This document shows, in pieces, positions 1-12,989 of a stretch of 64,000 nt of DNA. A program made the position numbers and the translations under genes. How positions within the stretch are numbered: position 1 is the stretch's first letter; each line of letters opens with the position of its first letter. The notes under the pieces are model-generated. The model made no database searches. It had not been told where the DNA came from and saw nothing but the letters and a program-made list of their open reading frames with translations. The DNA is from Octopus sinensis (taxonomy: Eukaryota). The DNA lies in the NCBI RefSeq assembly GCF_006345805.1, contig NC_043018.1, positions 22,382,001-22,446,000 of the forward strand. The letters are read 5' to 3'.

Positions 1-241
1 ATTGCTGGCTTTCTATAGAAATCTTGTAATTTATCGCTAGGTGTGAGATTATCGTTAATTGCTTACTACGCTTAAATGCATAACGATTTCAATCAACGAA
101 ACTATGCAATTAAAGCACGCACACACGCATATATATATAAGTCAAAATGAGGGTGAAAAAATTCTTAGTGGTTGAGTCCCTTTGCGGATCTATATCTAGC
201 GTAAGAGCGTCCACATAGTGGATTCTCTCTTATAGTTTTTT

Positions 242-314
<73 letters not shown>

Positions 315-557
315 CTTTTGTTTCGGTCGTAAGAAAGCGGTTCCGCTGGGGGGAGGGGTGTTGCCTTCAAAGGGTTTAGCCAAACAAATGGAGACCAGTG
401 CTTATTGCTTTTGAAGTCTGGTACGTGTTCTATCCATATCTTCTGTCGAATCGTAAGTTACGGAGATGTAAACAAACCAACACCGGCCATGAAGTGATGG
501 TGACACCCACACACACACACACACACAAGCTGGTTATCGGTGCAACACTGCACCCTA

Positions 558-786
558 TACATATATATTGCCAGCAACTAGCTATTTTGCTTGCAGTAAA
601 TCAGTGACCGATGGTCGCTTTGTTTATAATATATTGCTGGCTGGAGCGGACTCTGGCCATCTCTCTGGCGACCAAGTGTTCGTGACTGAGGATGAGGAAA
701 CTAGCTCGAAACCGAATCGGTCTCGCGATCCTTTTGTCTGCTGGAAGATGGTATTGGTTTGCTTTCCTGCTGGCAATATTTACGTA
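558..786 (+). mobile_element. Small element with 19-bp imperfect inverted termini and an internal hammerhead motif (probable Penelope pLTR derivative)
   Basis: tacatatatattgccagca (558-576) matches the reverse complement of 768-786 at 17/19 positions; hammerhead-like fold at 680-728. Confidence 0.5.
680..728 (+). ncRNA. Minimal type I hammerhead ribozyme candidate
   Basis: Stem I TCGTGA/TCGCGA; core CTGAGGA plus extra T; stem II GAG/CTC; GAAA; stem III ACCGA-A-TCGGT; GTC cleavage triplet. Confidence 0.6.
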
Positions 787-805
787 CAGGATGCAGTGAT
801 GCGCT

Positions 806-1012
806 ACGCCGGGCGAAATGCGCAGCCGTATTTCGTCTGCCGTTACGTTCTGAGTTCAAATTCCGCCGAGGTCGACTTTGCCTTTCATCCTTTCGGGGTC
901 GATAAATTAAGTACCAGTTACGCACTGGGACCGATGTAATCGACTTAATCCGTTTGTCTGTCCTTGTTTGTACCCTCGATGTTTAGCCCCTTGTGGGTAG
1001 TAAAGAAACAGA
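806..1012 (+). mobile_element. tRNA-derived SINE, family A (5'-truncated)
   Basis: B-box-like gagttcaaattcc followed by the gtcgactttgcctttcatcctttcggggtcgat body seen at more than 10 loci in the window. Confidence 0.85.
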
Positions 1013-2059
1013 TAATGAACTGACAGATCTGCCTGGGGTTAAACTAGTAGTAACATGGAACAGCCACATTGTTGTAGAGATTAGCTTTACTTGTTAGTAT
1101 ACTTACTTCTCGCATCTCATTGAGACTTTACAACTAGCTATTCTGAGTGTGTGTGTGTGTGTGTGTGCATCCGGCGACCTTTCACGCATAGTTACTATCT
1201 ATTTCATCCACACACGCAAGGTACCATGCAGTCGGACTGAACCCAAAACTAAGTGGTAAAAAAGCGAGTTCCTTAACCGCACAGCCATGTCTGCGCATGC
1301 ACGCGTGTGCGACCTCAGGTCAATTCACATCTTATTAAGCCCCAAAATAATCCTCAGACGAAGATTTTTTATTGGTAAAAAAAACCCTGATTTCTGGAGT
1401 TAACTACACCCATATACCTTTGCTGAAACCCACACACAATACATCGCCCCGTATCCATCCAGGGCCCGAATATTTCTTCGATATTTAATGAAGTATGCTA
1501 CATGTATTTAGGCATGAAGGAACACATTTCTTTTAAGAAACATATCGTAAACAAGGAATATAACCGCAGAATAAAACAATAAGATTTTCAGCACTTTGCG
1601 CAAACAACCAGTTGACACACGATGCATTTCTATAGACCGTAAGTGAGAGCGAGGTTATTGATGTTAAAACATGAAAAGTATTAACCCATAACAGAAATTT
1701 CCCCTTCAGTGAAGTATATCAACCTAACTTAAAACGAAAAAATGCCAAAGGCTTATATAACGCTTTAAACAGCTTTCGCATGTAGCTTCATTTCCCTTCG
1801 GCAACATCTGACCAGCAAAGACGATACTGCATCTGAAAACCAAGTCTACACACCTGAGGCAGAAATCTTGAATATTGAGTAAATAAATGTGTGCTAACCA
1901 GATCAGGATATATCTTGATGTAGGAGTCGTGCGTATCGCGATCGTTCGAAATACGTATTAGTGAGTCTACGCAGTCGTAAATACGTTGTTAGTGGCATAC
2001 GCACTAACAACAGCTCTTCTAGCACTTGAAGGACGCATGTGACATGAATTACTTCAACT

Positions 2060-3010
2060 CACTCGATCTCTTTATTTTGAGATATGAGGGCCATGGGATC
2101 TTTATTTGTCCAACCCATTAGCACAAAATTCGGGGTCTGAGAATTTAACAGTTCTTCCGAAAACTTTCTTTTGGGGATAGGTGCGGTTGTGGTGGTGTTG
2201 GTTGTGCTGGTGGTGATGGCTTTTGTTGTGTAAGTGGTTGTTGCGCTGGAGGGTTTGTTGTCAGTGTCAGTACACCGGGCGAAATGCGTAGCCGTATTTC
2301 GTCTGCCGTTACGTTCTGAGTTCAAATTCCGCCGAGGTCGACTTTGCCTTTCATCCTTTCGGGGTCGATAAACTAAGTACCAGTTACGCACTGGGGTCGA
2401 TGTAATCGACTTAATCCGTTTGTCTGTCCTTGTTTGTCCCCTCTGTGTTTAGCCCCTTGTGGGCAGTAAAGAAATAAGTACTTTTTGTGTTGGCCGATGT
2501 TTGTGTTGATCCGGATGTTTTTCTCTTGTGCTTTCTTTTGGCTTGTTTTTCTTCCTCTTCATCCCCACTTCGGGTGTGTGCTTGTGTTTGTGTGCTTGTC
2601 TATGTATGATCATGTGTTTGATAGAGAGGAGATGGAGAGCTGGGTTGGGAGAAAAACCGGCAGGTCCTCTCTCTTAAAGTGCTTGTCCATCTTGATGGTA
2701 ACGGTGGTGGCGGTGGTTCTGGGGCTGTTTTTATTTCTACAACTGCTGCTGATGTTTCTGTTTCTGGCGCTTTTTCTGTTGCCGTCGCTCCTTCCGCCTC
2801 AGCTGGAGCCGCCGCTGTGGTTCTGCCTTAAGATTGTTGCATCACTTCCTTTTATTTTCCTGTAGATGTTGTAGCGGAAATGGCTGTGACATCGGCGATA
2901 GGCCCGTCCCCTCTCTTGTTTTGTGTGCAACACGCCCGTAAATGCTTTGTCATGCCACAGATATGGCATCTCGGACATCTGCCCTCCTCAATCACTTTCA
3001 GTTCAGTTCA
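2060..3010 (-). pseudogene. Degenerate non-LTR retrotransposon ORF1 (gag-like) remnant, interrupted by a SINE
   Basis: Minus strand near 2990-2925 reads GRCPRCHICGMTKHLRACC, a CX2CX4HX4C zinc knuckle; followed by low-complexity T/P/E-rich frames with stops and frameshifts. Confidence 0.6.
2272..2478 (+). mobile_element. SINE family A inserted in the ORF1 remnant
   Basis: Near-identical to 806-1012. Confidence 0.85.
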
Positions 3011-3077
3011 GCAAAACACTACAAGTGACGCAGAAACTGTGGGGGTTATCTAAGGATGTTCCCTTGTTCCCTATGTT

Positions 3078-3438
3078 ATAGGTAAAGGTAAAGAACTCCT
3101 TTGGTCAAGAATGACCGTGGCATTGTACCTAGAAAATTTACCCTCCAAGGCACAAGTCCGGGCAGGGTTGTTTCTAGAAGACCAGCTGTCAGCCGTGCAT
3201 ACCAGCCTCCCCTCTCCACGCCACCAGCGTTATCCAAGGGAAAGGCAAAGGGGCTGATACAGCTTGGCACCTGTGACGTCACAACTCATTTCTACAGCTG
3301 AGTGAACTGGAGCAACGTGGAGCAACGTGAACTGCAGCAACATGGAATAAAGAGTCTTGCTCAAGAACACATAACCTGACCTGGGAATCAAACCCATGAT
3401 TGTGAGCCCGACGCTCTAACCACAGAGCCATACACCAC
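3078..3438 (-). mobile_element. tRNA-derived SINE, family D
   Basis: Homologous to 40515-40850; tRNA-like head at the right end; gtgttcttgagcaagac CORE-like segment. Confidence 0.75.
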
Positions 3439-3935
3439 AACATATTAGTGGCTGTCCGAAAATTTGCTTACGTTGTTTCGAGTTTATGACTTAACGTCTG
3501 TTTTTTTTTTTCTTAATAGAAATTGATTGATGAAAATACGTTTCACCATTAGTCAATTTGTTCAACTTCACGTCAATCTCGATCATATTTAAAAGCATAG
3601 AAATTAATAAAAAAAGAAAACTGAAACCAATATTAAAAATTAAATAAAATACATCTAAAATATGTAGAAACCATTTATTAAAACATATATTAAGTAATGA
3701 AGTTTTTAAAATGTTTCATTCGTGTTTTTCGAGTTAAGTCGTATGTGTTGGAACCAACTACAGACACGAGCTGAGGTATGTCTAATTTTGAACCAGGGTA
3801 TCGTTGCAAAACCTGAACAGTGCAATCCGCCGAAAGGAAATGACAGGAAACTAGTAGGTAGGATGCTCCTGTCAAGACTTTTATAAGATGCAAATCTTGC
3901 AAATGAGATATAAGATCTAAGACAGAGAAAAGAAA

Positions 3936-4445
3936 TCTATATATATAAAACTGTAGTTGTGTGAGTGTCTGTCCCCTTCGATTTAGATTCCTAACTACTC
4001 CCACATTTTGCGGTGCAGTTTAGCCAAATTCGGGTATCTTATAGTCGTGATTCATATCGAGCCCGTCTGAGTATTAGCGCGCGTCTACGATGAGTCTACG
4101 ATTTAAAAAATAATTTAACATTTTTTATTCCATTTTAATGCATAATTTTTCGTGTGTCGATGGCGGCGGAGTTGGCGTCCATGGTCACACCTGCACCTGT
4201 TTGCTTCTCCCCCTTCTTCCTTCCCTCGTGAAGCTGTGGGGAAGGGAGTGTAAGGAAATCAACGTCGTAAAGCGTTGTCAAGGAGACCAGCGTTCTTTTA
4301 GAACAACGACTTCATGGCTTGAAGACACCAAAACAGAAATGGCTAAGAAAGCCCGAATTGGCATCTATAAGGGAAGTAACTCTCTAAAAATGCTTATATA
4401 GTTATTTCCCTTACAAACCCGAGCAACGCCGGGCGATACTGCTAG
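3936..4445 (+). mobile_element. Non-autonomous Helitron
   Basis: A|TC start (TCTATATATATAAAA); subterminal hairpin CCCG..CGGG; CTAG|T end; body shared with 41125-41524 and 55880-56270. Confidence 0.8.
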
Positions 4446-4804
4446 TGAGATATAAGATCTAAGACAGAGAAAAAGAAATTGTACAGAAGTGGAAGTCTGT
4501 TGGTTCGCAGATGTTAACCGCATGTTAAAGATTACTGAGGGAAATAGGAAACGTTAATGGCGAACAAATGTGAACTCTGAAGTTACTCGACTCGATGTAA
4601 TTTGAGATTTAGTGGAGTATCTGGATACGGGACTAGCTGCCTTTGCACCGTTCCTCATAGGATGGGCCCCACAAAACCCAGAAAGGACACGGCTAATTAG
4701 GAAATTTCTATTGCAAACTATTAAAGGTAACACTGTGAAAATAGGTAAAGCGTTCCGGAAGTATGGCTTGTAATAAGTATACAGAAGCGTAGACATGAAA
4801 CCAT

Positions 4805-5518
4805 ATGTATGTGTGTGTGCGTGCGAGTGCATGCGTGCGAGTGCGTGAGTGTGTGCGTGAGTGTGTGCGTGAGTGCGTGCGTGAGTGCGTGCGTGAGTGC
4901 GTGCGTGCGTGAGTGCGTGCGTGAGTGCGTGCGTGAGTGCGTGCGTGAGTGCGTGCGTGAGTGCGTGCGTGAGTGCGTGCGTGCGTGAGTGCGTGCGTGA
5001 GGTGCGTGTGCGTGAGTGCGTGCGTGAGTGCGTGCGTGAGTGCGTGCGTGCGTGCGTGCGTGAGTGCGTGCGTGAGTGTGCGTGCGTGAGTGCGTGCGTG
5101 AGTGTGTGCGTGAGTGTGTGCGTGAGTGTGTGCGTGAGTGAGTGTGTGCATGCGTGCGAGTGCGTGCGTGCGTGCGTGCGAGTGCGTGCGTGCGTGCGAG
5201 TGTGTGCGTGCGTGCGTGCGCGTGCGTGCGTGTGCGAGTGTGTGCGTGCGTGCGAGTGTGTGCGTGCGTGCGAGTGTGTGCGTGCGTGCGAGTGTGTGCG
5301 TGCGTGCGAGTGTGTGCGTGCGTGCGAGTGTGTGCGTGCGTGCGAGTGTGTGCGTGCGTGCGAGTGTGTGCGTGCGTGCGAGTGTGTGCGTGCGTGCGAG
5401 TGTGTGTGTGCATGCGAGTGTGTGTGTGCATGCGAGTGTGTGTGTGTGTGTGTGCATGCGAGTGTGTATGTGCATGCATCTATGTATGTATGCGTGCGAA
5501 TGTGTATGTATGTATGTA
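4805..5518. repeat. Compound (GCGT/GAGT/GT)n microsatellite
   Basis: Visible directly; source of the HT/RAH/CVR ORF-track artefacts. Confidence 0.95.
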
Positions 5519-6164
5519 TAGCAAAACTAGTCACATCAATATATGCTGTAACATTTACCTCCGGAGACATGCATGCTTACTTATAACAGAGGAATCTTGT
5601 CACACGTTAAAACACACACACAAAACAAACACCATCATTGCCCTTTAACGTCCGTTTTCCACGTGAGAATGGGTCGGATGGCAAGCTGGTGAGCTGCGCT
5701 AGGTTCCGTTCTGATTTGGCATGGTTTCTACAGCTGGATACCCTCCCTAACAGCAACCCCTTTACAGAGTTTGGTGGGTGCTTTTAACAAACCACCGACA
5801 CGATTTGACTTGATTCTGGGTTAAAAACCGATTCTTTCTCTCTGCTGGTGAGAAATCTGAAAATGAAATCAGAACATAAACATACAAACAGACAGGCAAG
5901 TCGACAGATACACAGACATGGCCAGCAGACACTCGTTCACATAGATACAGATGTGTGTGTGTGTGTGTTGTGTGTGTGGAGATCAAATAAAAGTAACACG
6001 AAGAAGATGATGAGGAAGGTGGTGGGGAGAGAAGCAATTTAATATTTGAAATTCGAAAATTACAATACCCGGCGGAAAAAAAAAGCATAGAAATACGAAA
6101 CGAAACAATGATAACCAAAATAAATCTATACAAGAGATGCCTGTTTATCAATCTTTCTCTCATT

Positions 6165-6197
<33 letters not shown>

Positions 6198-6202
<5 letters not shown>

Positions 6203-6604
6203 CTATTTTACTTGTTTCAGTCATTTGACTGCGGCCATGCTGGAGCACCGCCTTTAGTCGAGCAAATCAACCCCAGGACTTATTCTTTGTAAGCCCAGTA
6301 CTTATTCTATCGGCCTCTTTTTTTGTCGAACCGCTAAGTTACGGGGACGTAAACACACCAGCATCGGTTGTCAAGCAATGCTAAGGGGACAACACAGACA
6401 CACAAACACACACACATAATATATATATATACATACATATTATACGACAGGCTTCTTTCATTTTTCCGTCTACCAAATCCACTCACAAGGCATTGGTCGG
6501 CCCGGGGCTATAGCAGAAGAGACACTTGCCCAAGATGCCACGCAGTGGGACTGAACCCGAACCATGTGGTTGGTTAGCAAGCTACTTACCACACAGCCAC
6601 TCCT

Positions 6605-6608
<4 letters not shown>
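6198..6608 (-). mobile_element. Full-length composite SINE, family B/C (tRNA head, CORE-like ccttgggcaagtg, microsatellite, tail)
   Basis: Same structure as 18078-18490, 25888-26290, 41812-42225 and 42320-42727. Confidence 0.85.
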
Positions 6609-6662
<54 letters not shown>

Positions 6663-7508
6663 TGTAAAGTGCTCACCTCACTGTTGTATTTACGACTTTA
6701 TAGACCCCACATATACGTATTCGAACGAACACGATGCGTACAACCCCTACATTCGGACATACTATGATCTGAGTAGAAGACGTTATTTACTCACTGATTG
6801 CCGCCAGTTCTAGGTGGAACGTTAACGATGTCACGCTAACATTAATTCTCCATATTGACTGAACGACATCTCAAAATTTTTATAAATTTACGGCTGTAAA
6901 TTCGATTAAAATTGCTTTCGGCTACCTTATTTAAAACAGCAACAATCCAGACAACTACCAGTTCTTTGAAGAAAGATGTTACATGCTTTTCTATTTACAG
7001 AATATGGTTTTGAAATTTTTATTTCTTTAATATATTTCTTGTTGGAATAATGTAGTTTAAAAGAAATGTTTTTAATATTTCATAATAGCACAAAAGAATT
7101 GTTGTTGCTATACTAGAAATAACATTTTATTCTACGTTTAAGGAAATATTGTTGCGATAAAAACGGATGCTCTATAATTTATTTTCTTTGTGAACACTTT
7201 CTATAGATGACTGTTCAAAATATTTGTGGAAAACTAAGTGTTCGTTTTATCATTCCATTGCATTCACACAATCCGGTTTATCTGACATCTTAGAATATAA
7301 GAGAAATTAATATTTATAAAGATTCTGTGTGAAAAACGTCTGAAGATAAGTGCTGTACAGTTAAGTTTCTATTTCTTAATTTAAATCAAGTTTTTCTTTT
7401 TAATATTTATATCGAAGATACTCATGGTGGATATCACAAAGTACACAGCTTCCTGATATTTTTTTTTAACGTCGAAGAAAATATGTATCATCCGTCAAGA
7501 GCCGCCAT

Positions 7509-7608
7509 NNNNNNNNNNNNNNNNNNNNNNNNNNNNNNNNNNNNNNNNNNNNNNNNNNNNNNNNNNNNNNNNNNNNNNNNNNNNNNNNNNNNNNNNNNNN
7601 NNNNNNNN
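7509..7608. other. Assembly gap (100 N)
   Basis: Run of N. Confidence 1.
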
Positions 7609-7672
7609 AAATGTGTGTAGTGGCTAACGATCTATCGTTTTATATATATATATATAATATATAGATATACTA

Positions 7673-7727
<55 letters not shown>

Positions 7728-8391
7728 CAACGTACAAATTTGATATGTTGCGCTCTATTACTTGATAAATGGAAAAACGTACAAAGGACGTAACGTAAAC
7801 TGAATGTAAAAACAAACGGGAGACAAGCAGAAGGTCCATAATTCTTCCAATGTGCCAAGGACCGATAATATTTCTTAGTAATATTAAGTTATACCGGAAA
7901 CAATATATATAATGATTATAATAAAAGTTGACAATCGTTTTTATCTTCTATTTATTCTGTAAAGAAATAATACAATATTACATGAGGATCTTATAAGCAT
8001 TTTATAATGTTTCTTTCTTTTCTGGAAACTCGTCGCGTACCAGCAGCTGATGGTTCACGGACCAGCGCCGATCCGCGGATCACCACTTAGTGTAGCACTG
8101 CCCTACACTCCAACTCCTAGAGCGAAATGTTCGCTCAATCGCGTCCCTTCAGAAATGGAAATGTCTCTACCAACAACCACGGTTTTCAAGATTCTTAAAA
8201 AAATTTTTTTTTAGATAAATAGCAACCGAAGCTGATGGGTCTGGTTGGAATTCTCTTAATCATGGATCTGCTCAAATCTCGGTGCTGACCTGGGGCTAAA
8301 CTATGCTTGCAATAACCCCATATATAATAACCCCATATATAATAACCCCATATATAATAACTCCATATATATATAATTAAATATAATTAAG

Positions 8392-8722
8392 GGTTTAGCA
8401 ACAAGTTGCTTCACCACATACCGAAAATTGGTATGAAATTCTCATGCCATCTAACAACATCAGAGACTTGGGAGTAACTGTGGACAACAACATAAACTGG
8501 GCAACACATATAAGCAGCAAAGTTGACATGGCCCGCAGAATGTGTTCCTGGATTCTCAGAACCTTCCAGTCGAGATATTCCCACACCATTATCCTTCTCT
8601 CCCCTACTTTTGCCCGACCCCACCTTGAATACTGCTGTCCACTGTGGTCTCCCCACACGAAACAAAACATTATGAAAATTGAAGCTCTCCAAAGGTCAAT
8701 CACGAAAAAGATAAATGGCATG
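8392..8722 (+). pseudogene. CR1-clade LINE ORF2 C-terminal fragment
   Basis: IRDLGVTVDNNINWATHI...RPHLEYCCPLWSPH...IEALQRSITK, the typical CR1-clade post-RT region. Confidence 0.85.
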
Positions 8723-8779
8723 TGGTTTCGATTCCTGGACTGGGTAATGCGTTGTGTTCTTAAGCAAAACACTTCATTT

Positions 8780-8930
8780 CTCATTACTCTATTCCACTCA
8801 GAAGGTTTTGGTCGGCCCGAGGCTATAGTAGAAGACACTTGCCCAAGGTACTATACAGTGGGATGGAACCCGGAACCATGTGATTAAGAAACTAGTAAGT
8901 TTCTTACCGCACAGCCACGCCTCTGCCATA
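8780..8930 (-). mobile_element. SINE family B head fragment
   Basis: ggtcggcccgaggctatagtagaagacacttgcccaagg motif. Confidence 0.75.
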
Positions 8931-9310
8931 TATATATATATGTATATATATATATGTATATATATATATGTATATATATGTATATATATATGTATATATA
9001 TATATATATGTGCGTGTGTGTATGTGTGCGTGTGTTTGTGTGTGTGTGTTACAACTGATATTTATATAGATAGAGTCACGCTATATTTCATAAAATAACA
9101 CATATGTACACATATACACTCATATATTCACATATACACACATATATACACATATATACACATATATATACACATATATACACATATATACACATATGTA
9201 CGCGTTAATCTGGGAAAGCGTTTCTTCAAGCACTCTACTGCCTCAAGACACAAATGAAAGCGACAACATATTCCACTATACCGTAAATAGCACAGAAATA
9301 CCCAAACATG

Positions 9311-9364
<54 letters not shown>

Positions 9365-10889
9365 TGCACTTACACATGCATACATGTATGAAGAAAAGAA
9401 GAAAAATAAGAAAGAAAGGCACAGACACACAAATAAAAGGGCGGGGGAGCGTTTTCTTCGTCTTTTATAATTACTCTTCTAGAAACCGACTCTCGATTTA
9501 TTGTCTTCGTGATAATGGCAAGAAATTTTCTTTTCTTCTAATTTCTTCTTTTTCGTTTTTGCACTTCCTAAAAAAAAAAATAAATAAAAGCCTTGGATGA
9601 TTCCTTGAAATGATGTAAAAACGAAAAGCAAGAAATCTTTAGTTAATGCAATTAAAAGTGAAGACAAATAGTTTAAAACAATCAACACTAATAGCTCTCG
9701 AAGAACACGCCTTTGGCAACCAAGAATTGTTTTCATATTTCGTTAATGAAATAAAACTATGGAACGTAAACACGCAGATTGCCTCCATTCTACAGGTTCA
9801 CAGGAATGGAACGCATTACACACGCTGTTGCTAACACAGAACCAATGTGAATAGGTGCCTGTATTACACATGTTTACCTCAATGGATTGCATCATAAACT
9901 GTGTCGCTAACACATACAAAATGTCACTCGGTGCCTACATTGTACAGGCTTGCTTCAGGAAAACGCATCACGCACAATGCTGTTAACACACATTGAAAAT
10001 TAATTTTTATGTTGTGCGCGCAAAAATATTGCTATCTTCATATGAGAATATTAGTCATGGATTTCTATACTGATATTTGGAGTGTTTGGTAAACATTAAG
10101 TGGAAATTTAAAACAAGGATTGTTAGGTAAGACAATTCGTTTCACAACCACGTTCAGTGGTTCAGTCTCATTATGAAGTGTAATATCTTCTACTAGGGCT
10201 TTTGAGTAAATTTGATATACGGGAGCTATGAGCTCTATTGCATGTGTCTGTCTGTAGTTTCAGTCGTATGTTGTTGTCTGCTGCATCCTTAGTCATTGTC
10301 TTTGTAGTGTCCACCACTGCAACGATATGAACTATCACAGGCGCAACCAGAAGAGTACTACCTCGGAGTTTAAAACCTTTGCACTTTAAATGCAACGAAA
10401 CTACACGGATTCTAGTTTCTACTGCTGATGAGGGGACTTCCTAATTTATTTGTTGTTTTGCGTTTATCGTGTTCTATTTCGATTTTCATTACGTGTAGGG
10501 GTGGGGTAAATTTTCTCGGCTATATTCTCCAAGGAAGTGCCGTCGCATGGCCGCACTCCAACGACCGAAAGAAGTAACAGAATGAAATAATTTTATTTGT
10601 GTTTTAGTTTTTGATTAAGAGTTCGATACGGTTCTTTTGTCCATCTCCAACAAAGGAAATACGGCTCATATCATATCCTCATGAGGACATATTATGTTCG
10701 TTGCCAAAGGTTAGCAAGCAACACTTGAGGTCATTTAGGTGTAAGTAGTACCAAGGCGATAGAAGTCGACAGCGGCAGCAATGTAAAATTGAAGAATGTT
10801 TAGTAAGCTTTTAAAGATGATTTTAATTCATTTTCAGTGTCCACAGAATTCAATGAGAAGTGACTCTATTGCATATCTCTTAGTACATT

Positions 10890-11140
10890 TCCTATCGGTC
10901 TTTTTTTTGCCGATGCGTTAAGTTACGGGAATATAACAAACCAACACCGGCTGTCAAGCAGTGGAGGGAAAAACAAGACACACTGCAACCACGTGGTTTC
11001 TGGTTCAATACCCCTGTGCAGCATCTTGAGTAAATGTCTTCTACTATAGCTCCGTGTCGGCCAATGCCTTTTTGAATGAATTTGGTAGACGGAAAACGTG
11101 TGGAAACTCATCGTGTATGCGCACTTGTGTGTCTACGTGT

Positions 11141-11178
<38 letters not shown>

Positions 11179-11570
11179 GTTCGTGCGTGTGTGTGTGTGT
11201 ATGTTTATAAGTGTGTGTGTGTGTGGCTTTGTATTTGTCCCCAATCATCGTTTAACAACCGGTCTTGTTTTCTTTACGTCCCCATAACTTAGCAGATCGG
11301 CAAAGAGACTGATAGAATAGGTACCGATAGATTAAGTATAGGTGATTAGAGTCGGTGCACCAGTGTAGCCACAATCTAATGACTGAAACAAATAAAAGAT
11401 ATGACGGGGATTCTACACAGTTTCCACCTACCAAATTCCTTCGCAAGGCATTGGTCGGTTCCGGTAACTGTGGTAGAAGATACTTGCCCAAGGTGCCACG
11501 CACGCAAAGTGGAACTGAACCGGAAACCACCTCGTTGCGAAGCAAACTCGTTAACCACACAGCCACATAT
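10890..11570. mobile_element. Cluster of diverged SINE B/C fragments in both orientations
   Basis: Partial matches to the family head and tail around a CA microsatellite. Confidence 0.65.
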
Positions 11571-12307
11571 AAGAAAATATTTAAGATCCAGGGATGTCTT
11601 AGTTAAATCAAGTTCGAAATTAGTCATAAATCTTCGAATTTTCTTTAATCTTAGACAAATCGCTAGTTTACATCTAGTTGCTATTTCGTTTGCTTTTCGT
11701 TTGTTTTGTTATGTTTTCTTTTCTTTTTCGTGGAGGTTTTTACCTGTATATATAAATATAAATACTTTTTATATGAAATTGATTTTGTTTTAACTTCCGT
11801 TTTTGAAAAATCTAACACTGAATCTTGTAGAAATTATTTTATTGATTTCTAAATGGTTCCAGTAAATGGCAAATCTGTAAAGAATATTCTCAATGAAAAT
11901 CTTGATTTAAAAAGCTTCTTTTTAAATCATCACGTTTTTTGCGTCTGTTTCGAGCAAATAAAAAGCAGTAAATCAATTTAGAAAAGAAAGTCGTTCGCAG
12001 GTACTTTGCCAAATTCTTCGTCGATTTCTAAGTTTCTACCCTCCCACCTCTTCATAGAATAATGTTGTTTTTCTTGCTGCTGCTGCCGTTTAACCACAAG
12101 ACTGTAATGATCGAAGAGATCAGTGGTTAGTTATTTCGATACCAGCGTGCCTGAGACTGTCTCGGGGTCTATGATAAAAAATTTCTTGTTTTAAAGGGAA
12201 TCGAAAACCGGTGATTGCCGTACGCCGAAGACAGGCAAATACCTAGAAACTGCAGTCCGTGCGTATCACTTAGGTTGACGAGAGAGGGATGACCTCCCTT
12301 TGACAAT

Positions 12308-12428
12308 ACCATAAGGGCACAGAAAGTGTGCCTAAAGCCAGCTGGAGACGATGATCTCCTGGGGCTAAAAGCTACAGTAACACCCACCCTTAGTGGTTAG
12401 CCATATTGAGATGGCTAGTATGCTTTAC

Positions 12429-12461
<33 letters not shown>

Positions 12462-12576
12462 ATAAGGGCACAGAAAGTGTGCCTAAAGCCAGCTGGAGAC
12501 GATGATCTCCTAGGGCTAAAAGCTACAGTTAACACCCACCCTTAGTGGTTAGCCATATTGGATGGCTAGTATGCTT

Positions 12577-12611
<35 letters not shown>

Positions 12612-12724
12612 CCATAAGGGCACAGAAGTGTGCCTAAAGCCAGCTGGAGACGATGATCTCCTAGGGCTAAAAGCTACAGTAACACCCACCCTTAGTGGTA
12701 GCCATATTGAGATGGCTAGTATGC

Positions 12725-12779
<55 letters not shown>

Positions 12780-12900
12780 ATAAGGGCACAGAAAGTGTGC
12801 CTAAAGCCAGCTGGAGACGACGATCTCCTGGGGCTAAAAGCTACAGTAACACCCACCCTTAGTGGTTAGCCATATTGAGATGGCTAGTATACTTTACGTA
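12308..12900. repeat. Four ~123-bp units separated by (TA)n spacers
   Basis: accataagggcacagaaag...gctttac(g)ta starts at 12308, 12459, 12611 and 12777; the last ~58 bp match an internal Helitron motif (cf. 41195-41255). Confidence 0.95.
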
Positions 12901-12989
12901 AATAAAAACTGTTATCTTAATTTATGTTCGAAACACCAACTCAGTATTGGTTTCAAATTTTGGCACAACTCCAGCAAGTTTTTCGGTTT

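Noticed and set aside
4554-5648. Long ORFs (229-338 aa) rich in H/T/R/A or C/V
   Set aside because: Translations of the (GCGT/GT)n microsatellite
8040-8190. CpG-richer open frame (QLMVHGPAPIRGSPLSVALPYTPTPRAK...) on the plus strand
   Set aside because: No convincing donor site and no recognisable homology; left unassigned
10425-10445. CTGATGAGGGGA hammerhead-like start
   Set aside because: No GAAA after stem II and no closing stems
12308-12900. CRISPR-like repeat-spacer appearance (also 34745-35234 and 44383-45673)
   Set aside because: Units are too long, spacers are simple repeats or absent, there are no cas genes and the context is eukaryotic
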